Shown: piece after piece, positions 54,913 through 64,000 of the stretch
Position numbering within the stretch: position 1 is the stretch's first letter
Layout of the letters: each line of letters opens with the position of its first letter
Assembly: GCA_028826165.1 (NCBI GenBank)
Contig: JAPDFW010000123.1
Coordinates: forward strand, 100,776-164,775
Direction of reading: 5' to 3'
Source of the DNA: Anaeramoeba ignava BMAN
Lineage: Eukaryota > Protista > Anaeramoebae
DNA: 64,000 nt
Program-made: the position numbers and the translations under genes
The notes under the pieces: model-generated
Databases searched by the model: none
Seen by the model: the letters and a program-made list of their open reading frames with translations, nothing else
What the model was told of the DNA's origin: nothing

Positions 54913-55572
54913 TTATCTGTAACCTTTCAATTTCTCTTTTAACCAATCAGAAGTAAGAACTGAAGTTTCCTGGACATCATAAACATGGACAGATTTGATT
55001 TCATCCATGATAGTAATTTTAGTACTTGTGTAAATCATGTTTGTATAAGTATTTAAACCAGGAGGACAATAAAAGATAAAAATAATTGGAATAGAAAATC
55101 TTGAATAAGCATCGGAAACATCATGAACGTGCTTATAACTATACACTATATATCTTGGCGCTGCTGATGGTAATTCTTCAGCAATCTCCTCAATTGTCGT
55201 TTCAGATAATTTCTTATCAACTATAACTTCTTTAGTTTTCATATCAATTTTTACTTTATTTTTTTTAATTAATTAATATTATTTTTTATTATTTTTTATT
55301 ATTTTTTATTTATTTTATTTTTTTACAAATTAATGCTGTGTTAATTTCCTGTTTTCCAAATGAAAGTGTTTTGTATTGATCTCTAAAATCTTCACTTAAT
55401 TCACAAATTCCAAAACTCTAATTTTAATTTTAATTTTAATTTTAATTTTAATTTTAATTTTGATTTTGGTTTAATATTAATTTTAATTTTAATTTTAATT
55501 TTAATTTTAATTTTAATTTTTATTTTTAATTTTAATTTTAAATTCAATTTTGATTTTAATTTTAAATACCAT
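54913..55572 (-). CDS. GMF: Glia maturation factor (ADF-H family)
   Basis: Coding exons 55572-55570 (ATG only), 55417-55327 and 55253-54913 give MSFGICELSEDFRDQYKTLSFGKQEINTALILKIDMKTKEV...ELPSAAPRYIVYSYKHVHD...LTSDWLKEKL. Confidence 0.9.
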
Positions 55573-56186
55573 TTTCTGTTATTTTTTTTTTTTAAAAAGA
55601 AAAAGAAAAAAATGAAAAAAAATTAAAATGAAAAAAAATTTAAATGAAAAAAAATTTAATTTTTTTAATTTTTAAATTCCACTTTTTTGATTTAATTAGA
55701 AAATTTTTTAAAATTAAAATTAAAATTAAAAGGAAAATAGTTTTTTTTTGATTATTTTTTTATTCTTTTTGTTTTTTTGTTTTTGTTTTTTCCCATTAAA
55801 AAAAGTAAAAAAAAATAAACGGAATTGAAAAAAAAAAGAAAAATTGAATTGAATTGAATTGAAAAAAAAGAAAAAAAAGAAAAAAAGAAGAATTGAAATG
55901 GGAAAAGAAAATTCCGTTCATTTTAAAATTGAAATTAATTTTGAAATTGAAATTCATTTTGATTTTAATTTTGATTTAGATTTTGATTTTAATTTTGATT
56001 TTGATTTTGATTTTGATTTTGATTTTGAAATTGATTTTGATTTAGATTTTAATTTTAATTTTAATTTTAATTTTGATTTTGATTTTGATTTTGATTTTGA
56101 TTTTGATTTTAATTTTAATTTTGATTTTAATTTTGATTTTAATTTTAATTTTGATTTTGATTTTGAATTTGATTTTAATTTTAATT

Positions 56187-59100
56187 TTAAAGTTGTTTCC
56201 TTTTATTGAAAATATATCGATATGCTTCTCCTATATATTTAATAGTTATTTCTTGCGGAAAATGATCTTGAATAGTTCCACTTTCTCCATCATATTGAAG
56301 TAATATTGAAATATTATGAAGATATCCTTTTAAATTGCTTTTGTTCTGATTTGTGTTTTGGTTTTTGCTATTTGATCTCTTATTCTTCCTTTTGCGATGT
56401 CTTTCAATTTCTTTGTTTTGAGTTTTTTCCTTAGAAAGATATTCTGTAATGTATTTCTCAAAAATAATAATCAATTTATCCAAATCAATTTTCTGACAAA
56501 ATAAATCTAAACTCTTTTCATATTCGGGTGGAATTTTTGATAAATAACTCTTATCAATTTTATTAAGAATATTTTCCGAATACATATCAATATTATTGCT
56601 AATAAATCTTAAATGTTTAAGTTTTAATGGATGAATTAATGAAACATTTCCCAAACCAAGAATATCAATACCAAATTGATTTGCAAATCCAAAAAGTGTT
56701 TGTTCTGGTAACAATGAATCAATTGTTTGAATGTTTGAACATAAATGGATAATATTTTCATAAAATAATTTGAAGTTTCTAATTGAGAATTTTTCAATAA
56801 GTTCATCAAGAGTTCGATTCCATGTTTCTTGTGGAATATCCATTTGATTCCATCTTGAATCATTCAAAAATGAAATATCTAATAAAATCAAATCTGTAAA
56901 TTGGAAATTACTCACAATAATTGAAATGCTATCTTTCTTGAAAAGTGTAACCAATTTTTGTTTCAAAATCATTTCAAATTTCTCAAAATCATTTTCTGGA
57001 TAATAGAATTGCATGTATTCATTAATTTCCTTGAAATCAAAATTAAATGTTTCATCAATAGTTCTGTTATTAATATCAGATTTATGGATTTTTATTGGAA
57101 ATTTAATCATTTTCTCTTTTGGCTTTTTAATATCTTTTTTATTCAAAAATGTTTCATTGAAAATTTCTTTTAATTTTTGATATTCGTTGCAAATATAATT
57201 AACTAAATTATCAATATTTGGAGAATTCTTAGGATATGAAAGAACTTTGATAATTGGTGAATCTTCTGAAATTAATTGGATTTTTTGTGATACTTCTTCT
57301 TCAATCTGATTTATTTGTGAGTCTTGTTTTATTTCAATAAAGTTTTTATTCAGCTGAGTAATTTCATCATTATTCATTTCACACAAACAAAGTTTCCAAC
57401 ATTCTTTAAATTCTTTTATCCAATTATCAATGTTTTCTTTCATTTCTTTTTTTTCTTCATTAATAATTTTAATGAAATCAGTAATTTTGATTTGATTTGA
57501 TTCTTGGAAACTGATTTTACTATTGTATTGGGAATTTATCAAACTAATAAATTTGAGAAAGGATGGTAATAAATCAATCATTTTGAATTTAACGAAATTA
57601 TCCAAAAAGAATTGAGTAATTGGATATTTTTGGATACTTTGAATGTTTGAAGGTTTCAAAAATTGAGATAATAATAAATTAGATGATGGAGATATAAATA
57701 ATAAATCTTTGAATTTAAATGATTCTCCAATTTTTTCAATATTAATTTGTCTAAGAATTTCTTCATGAGAATTAATATAAATATTTTGTAATAAATCTTC
57801 CCATTTCTGGAATTTATTCATTATAGTTCCATTATCAAGTTCATTTGTGTTTAAAGTGGAAATTTTTGATAAGAAAAGAATGTAATAGAGTTTCGTATTT
57901 GATAATGTTAAATTAAGAAGGTTTGATAAATGTTTCATTTCATTATAAATTAAAATGGAAATATCTTCAATAATTTCTTTGCTTGAATCGTGATTTTTTT
58001 CAATAATAACCAATGCTTTCAATGAAAAATGAATAATTCTTGCAATTTTTGTTGGTATAATAAATTTAGTATCTCTTAAACTGAACATTTGATTTGGTTC
58101 TTCATAATCAGAAATTCCAAAAATATTCTCATATAATTTTTCATTAGTTAAAAATCCAAAACCTATTTCATTGAAAAGTGGAGAAGCAACATGTTTTGTT
58201 TTCAAATATTTTTCTGCTGTTTCAACAACTACAACAAATATTTTTTGGAAATTTTCTTTTATTATATCAACTTTGCCAAGAATATAGCTAATAGTTTCTT
58301 TTATTTGATTTTGTTTCTCATTAAGATTTTGATTTTCGGTAAATGAGGAATATATTCTTGTAAGAGCGAGTTGCTTTTGGTTTTCTTGAATTTCTCCTTT
58401 CAAATATTCCAAACAAAATCCATATAAAAATCCTCTTTCATCAAGAATTTCATTTTGTCTAAAAACTTGTAAAAATTTCTCTTCAAATTCTTCTTTAAAT
58501 GAAGAAATTCTTTTTGATGCAAAAATATCATATTCTTGGAAAAATTGTTCAAAAACAATTTCTGAAACACCATTAACTTTGTTCTTTTTATGATCTTCTG
58601 GATTTTGAATAATATGATGAATATATTGAATTGAATTGCTATATTCTTGGAAAATATCATTTGTTTGATCAATTTCAGGATATAATTTTGATTGTAAAAA
58701 TAAGGAATGTGAATAAAAATCATCTTTTGTGTATTGGAAAAGAGCTTGTAAAAATGTAAAAGCTATCCATTCAATATTTTCTGATGAAAATTTTAAATAT
58801 TGTTTCAAATTATTGAAAATTGTTTTTCTAAAATCTAAATTGGATTTTGTAAATATCAATAAGTAATTAAAGAAAATTGTAAATAAATTTTGGAATTTAA
58901 ATGAATTATTCCCTTTTCCAAAAAAATTAAGTAATCTTTGATTTGGTTTGTTAGAATTTAAATTTTTGTTGATCTTATTGAAAAAATTAATAATTTGTTT
59001 GTCACTTTTTTGGAAAATTGAAAATTTAATCAAAATTTGGAAATAAATTTCAAAAAAATTGATTAATTCTTGATCAGAAATATCTTTTGTTTTGTTTTCA

Positions 59101-62100
59101 TCCAAAAAGAAACTTAAGAACTCTTTTTTTGGAAATTGACTTTTTGAAATTTCATTTTGAATATTTTTGAATTCTTGAGTTTGGGATATTTTTGATAAAT
59201 TTTTGGTTTTAGTTTGAAATAAAAAGTAAATATTAAACCATTTATTAAATAATTCTGGAATATATTGCTTAAAGTTTGTGTAATTTGTTAATTGATTCAA
59301 AAAATCATAAATTTTATCAATACAAGTTCCAATAGGTATTAATTCATTTGGAGAATTATTCTTATTAAAGTGAATTTTTAATAATTTCAAGTTGAGAATC
59401 AAAAAATCTATTCAATGAAAATTGTTCAATTTGATTTTGATTTTTGTTTTGGTTTTGATTTTGATTTTGATTTTGATTAAATTCATTAACTAATTTGTAA
59501 ATTGAATAAATTTGTTGAAATATTTCCCAATTAATTTTTTGATAAATTTCTCTTAATGAAAACTTGGTTAATGATTTGATTTTTGATTCTTCAAAATGTA
59601 AAATAAATTTTTGGAAATCTCGGATATAATCTTTGAAAAATTCTTTTTCAAATTCATTAAATGAAATTTCAATCAAATCATTCAAGAAATTTATCAGATA
59701 TTTTTCAGAAATATTTTTCCGTTTAGAATATTTTTTTGACCAATTTTCAATTGGTTCATCAACAATATCTTTCAAAATATCTTTGTTTTCTTGATGATAA
59801 TCTTCTGTTATAACTTCATAAAAATAATGGAAAAATGGGAATTCGGAATTATCAAATTGATATTTCTGAATTTTACGATAAGGTTGAATTTGGATTGATT
59901 CAAAAATTTGTTTCCAAAAATTTTCCTCTTCTTTGTTTGTTGTTAAAATTAACTTAAAATTATCATTAACCATAATATAACTCAATAAAATTGCAAAAAT
60001 TGTTTCCAACTTCTTAATTAATTGAGAATAAAGATAAGAGTTAAAAGATTCAGAACTTTGTTGCATTCTTAATTTTTGTGTTATTAATTCTTGAATATCC
60101 CATTGATAAAAACTTATATTTTCTTTTTTTCCTTTTTCAAACATAAATTTAAGTTTTGGGAAAATTAAATCTTTCAAATTTTTCATTTTTTCTAAGAATG
60201 GTTTTGTGTCTTTGATTTTTTCAGGATTGATAAATTGAAGAATAGAAGAATTAAAAATTGGTTCAAATAATTTTTCCCATTCTTTGATCCAAAATATTTT
60301 CAAGAAAATTTAAATCTGAATCTTTTGATTCTGAAATGATTGGAAATTTGATTTCAGATGGTAAAATATCATCAATATAAAAATATTCCCAATTTTTTTC
60401 AAATGCAAAATGGAATTGAGTTTTGGATTGTTGAATTGATGGAAGATGAACAACGAAAATTATCTTGCACTTAATTTCTTCATTTTTTTTCTCTTTTTTA
60501 TCCTTTTTTTGTTCTTTTCCTTTTTTAATTAAATTTTCAATCATATATTTTGATTGATGGAATATTGTTTCAGGAGAAATTGATGTTGGAGTGAAACGAA
60601 TTATCAAAACAAAATTTTCATCTTTATAAGGATTTGTCTTCATTATTGGTTCTATTCCAAGATTTTTTTTAACTTCTTTTTCAAATTGTGTATCATTTTC
60701 AATTTCAGAAAGTTTCATTTCTTTAAATTTAAAATTTTGAATTTGTTCAGATTTGATTGTTTGAGAAATTGATGAAGAAGTAAGAACAACTGAACATTGA
60801 ATTTGTTTTGGAATTAATGTTGTTTGGATTAAATCATTCAAACTATCGTGATATAAACTTAAATATCTTTGCCAAATATATCTTAAATATGAAATTTCTT
60901 TTGGTATTTTTGTTTGTATCTTTTTGATTGTTTTTAAATAAATCGAAAGAATTGATTCGTAATTGCAAATTCTCATCCACATATTTACTCCTTCAACTCT
61001 TAAATAATCTTCTTTTTCTTGTTGTTCTTTTTCAGAAAGTATTTGTTGGAGTTTTGTTACTAAAGAAGGTAGTAAATCAGGATGATATGAAACTAATAAT
61101 TTCTCTTCTGTAATATCTGCAAATTTGCAAATGTTTTGGATAATTTCTTTTTGTTTCTGATAAAATCGAATAAATTCATTTCTGGTTATAAATTCTTCTG
61201 ATGTAAGTAAATATTTTTCAAATCTATTCAAAATTGCTGGTGATTCAATATTATAAGCTCTTGATTTATCAGAAATTACTATTAATCTAAATTTAGGATC
61301 AATTTTGATTTTGGAAACAATATTCCCAAATGAAATTTTAGCAAAAATATTATCATCTTTTTTTGAATAATTTTGATTTAATAAATCATATAAAGGTTCA
61401 TATAATTGTTCATTCTTAAATAAGATTACTATTTCTCCATTACGGATTGAATCTTCAATTGATTGTAAATTACGAATAATTCGGGTTTGCTTTTTGTTTT
61501 CAGCAAAATCTGATCCAAAAAATAATTTGTAACCTGTTTTAGTACTTAATTGTTCAATTTCTTTTAGAATAAATGATAAATTGCATATTTTATCAGTCAA
61601 AATCATCATATTCCGAGAATAATTTGGAGTATCATTTTCATGGTCAAAACCAAATTCTTGAAAAATTCTTCTGTTTATATTTTGGTAAATTAGTTCTCGT
61701 GTTGTAATTTTTCTATCAGTAATTAAAGGAACTTTCCTTGGAAAATTGGGAATTAACTCTTCAATAAAATCAGGTTTTGAACTGAAATTTCTTAATAAAG
61801 CATTTAAAATTAATCCAGGATTATTGTATGAAATGCCTTTCTTAATATTGCAATATCCAATCATTTTTAAGAAATAATAAAAATCTCTCAATCCAAAATA
61901 AGGTCTTGATTTACTTTTTGGATCTTTTTCTTGTTCTTTCACAATTTTTCATAAATTTTGGAAAGATAACTTGCAAATATTTCAGGAATCATTGAATTCA
62001 TTCCAACTGTTTTTGTGCATAAAATTTGTTGAGCTGTTGTGCCTAATTGTGTTGTGGATTCTCTTCTAAGAAGAATTCCTCTATTTGTATTACTTGGATC

Positions 62101-64000
62101 TAAAACCCAATTAGAAATTGCAACAACTGAAACTCCTCCATTTTCTTTAATTATATCTTGAATTTTTTTGTTATCTTGATTAATTCTTGAAATTTCTTTT
62201 TCTGATTCTTCAAGTTGAGAATGAAGTGCTTTTAACGGCAAATCTGGACTTAATTCTGCAAGTGCAACTTCATCAAGAATAACAACTCCTAAATCGTTTT
62301 CCTTTGTTTTTGATTTTGCAATTTTAAAAACATCTTCAATTCCTTGAGTTGTTGTTATTGGTGAACATTGAAGGAAAGATTCTCTAAATGTTCTAAGTTC
62401 AATTTTTTTTGCAAAGTTATTTGCTTCATAAGGAGGTTTCAAAGATTCCATTATAACTTCAACAGAAATTGATTTTGATGTTCCTTTTTTTTGATTATAA
62501 TAATAAATTGAATAAAAATTAAATTAATATTATTTATAAAATTTATAAAAGAAAAAATGTTATTTTACCTGGTTTTCCAATAATAAATAATGGAATTTGT
62601 GCATAAACACAAACAAAAATCAATAAACAATTCTCCTTCAAAGGTATGTTTTTTGCAATCATTTTTTTTGAAAAATCATACTCTAATGATTCAATTAATT
62701 TTTCTTGTGAATTTTCAATTACGTTTTGGCAGTTTCCTAATAAATTATCATTTCTTTCAAAAATTGCTTCAAAATATTGATCTTTGTTTGTTGTTTGTCG
62801 ACTTGCATAACAAACGAATAAAGATAAGTAAATTGCTTTCTGAAAAATTTCTTCTTCTCTTTCTTCTTCTTTTTCTGATAATAAAAATCTTCCAGCTTTA
62901 GATTCAACAAGCCATTGAAATACTCGAAGTGTTCTTGAAACATCTCGAAGTGAAATTAAAGCTGCTAAATTCCTTTTGAAATCATCATTTGTTTGATTTG
63001 AATCTCCATCTTTACGAATATAACTATGAGATTTGGAAATATATTCTTCGAATGATGATCTAATTGTTTGGTAGTCTCTGAATTTTTTATCGTTGTTGTT
63101 TAAAATTGAGTAAAAAGTATTATCAACCATTTTGGAAATGTATACTTTTTCTTGTGTTGATTTTAATGATTCAAAACTAAGAACACTATTTTCTAATGAA
63201 TTTGGAATTTTATGAACTCGATAAACAGCATTTCTAATTTCTTCTTGTTCTTTATTCTTTTTATCTCCATAATCAAAAAGTAATCCACAAACCTCTTCTT
63301 CTTTATTTTGATCTTTATTATTTTGATTTTCATTATTTTGATCTTTCATTATTTTGATTTTCAGAAATTGCTTTTTGATTTTCTTTTCTCTATATGGATT
63401 AATTGCTGCAATAAATTTAATGTTTGATGGTATTTTTGCCTTCAAATAATCGATCAATAAACAAATATTTGAAAATAGGAATACAATATTTAGGTGCAGT
63501 ATTCAATTCATCAAAAATAAAACAACTTGATTTTGTTTTCCAATTTTTTTAGATTTTTTAAGTAATTTCTTAATTTTTCTTTTGTTGTTCCTCCATTTAC
63601 ATTAAATGTAATGAAAAATGATTTTTTTCTTTTTCATTTTCATTTAATTCTTCTTCTGAGTTGAATTTACTAAATTGATAATTTAAAAATATCTCGAAAT
63701 AAATATTCAATTAATGCAGTTTTTCCACATCCAGTTTCTCCACTTATAATTAATGAAAATCCAGTAAACATTCTAAATTGAATGAACATCATTTTGGAAA
63801 AGATTATCAAATGTAAGAACATATTTTCCTTTTCTTGTATCATTTTCATTATTTTCTTTGTTATTATTATTATCATTTTCATCATCACTACTCTCGTTAT
63901 CACTATTCTCATTTTTGCGGCTTATTTGAAGTTAGAAAACTAAAAAAATCCAACATTTTTATATTCAGTTTTGAGATCATTTACATTATTTGAAATTGAA
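56187..64000 (-). CDS. RNF213/mysterin-like multi-AAA+ ATPase, 3' part; frameshifted in this assembly
   Basis: GETGCGKT, FFDELNT, IAAINPYR, VYRVHKIP, SLRDVSR, IPLFIIGKPG|TSKS (intron 62484-62568), LQCSPITT, VILDEVALAELSP, ISNWVLDP and FGLRDFY. Frame breaks near 63690, 63620, 63435, 61940, 60290 and 59390. Confidence 0.8.

Noticed and set aside
59365-63912. Programmed ribosomal frameshifting or a reassigned stop codon
   Set aside because: Breaks fall mostly at homopolymers, typical of long-read consensus errors. Long ORFs elsewhere are open in the standard code and end in TAA or TGA.
1-64000. Inteins, transposases, tRNA or rRNA genes
   Set aside because: I recognised no Hint-domain, transposase, reverse-transcriptase or structured-RNA signatures by eye; a covariance-model scan was not possible.

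Overview
This is a very AT-rich, intron-rich eukaryotic (protist) genomic window read in the standard genetic code. An Anaeramoeba-like metamonad is my guess from the gene content and the TCATTTT initiator-like motifs; this is inference only. It holds about 15 protein-coding genes, mostly on the minus strand: a P4-ATPase (partial), RBM34/Nop12, a catalytically dead CfaD/26-29kDa-type cathepsin, a DUF4476 protein, a large ankyrin protein, a BEACH/WD40 protein, TPR/Mlp1, a DUF1648 membrane protein, an ankyrin-BTB-CaaX protein, an eIF2-alpha pseudokinase, a 58-aa ORF, a CH-RasGAP-PH protein, an OSR1/SPAK-like kinase, GMF and an RNF213-like AAA+ protein (partial). Many introns are filled with microsatellites, and there is a 4.4-kb satellite with an 11-bp unit. 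The standout is the ankyrin-BTB gene (33275-36431), which the ORF track mostly misses. Six consecutive ankyrin repeats each sit on their own 96-nt phase-0 exon. The two variable beta-hairpin residues between repeats are encoded by separate single-codon microexons (AG|NNN|GT): five consecutive pairs plus one 6-nt exon. This may be a splicing- or recombination-based diversification system for a binding surface. All gene models were spliced by hand and have no transcript support.
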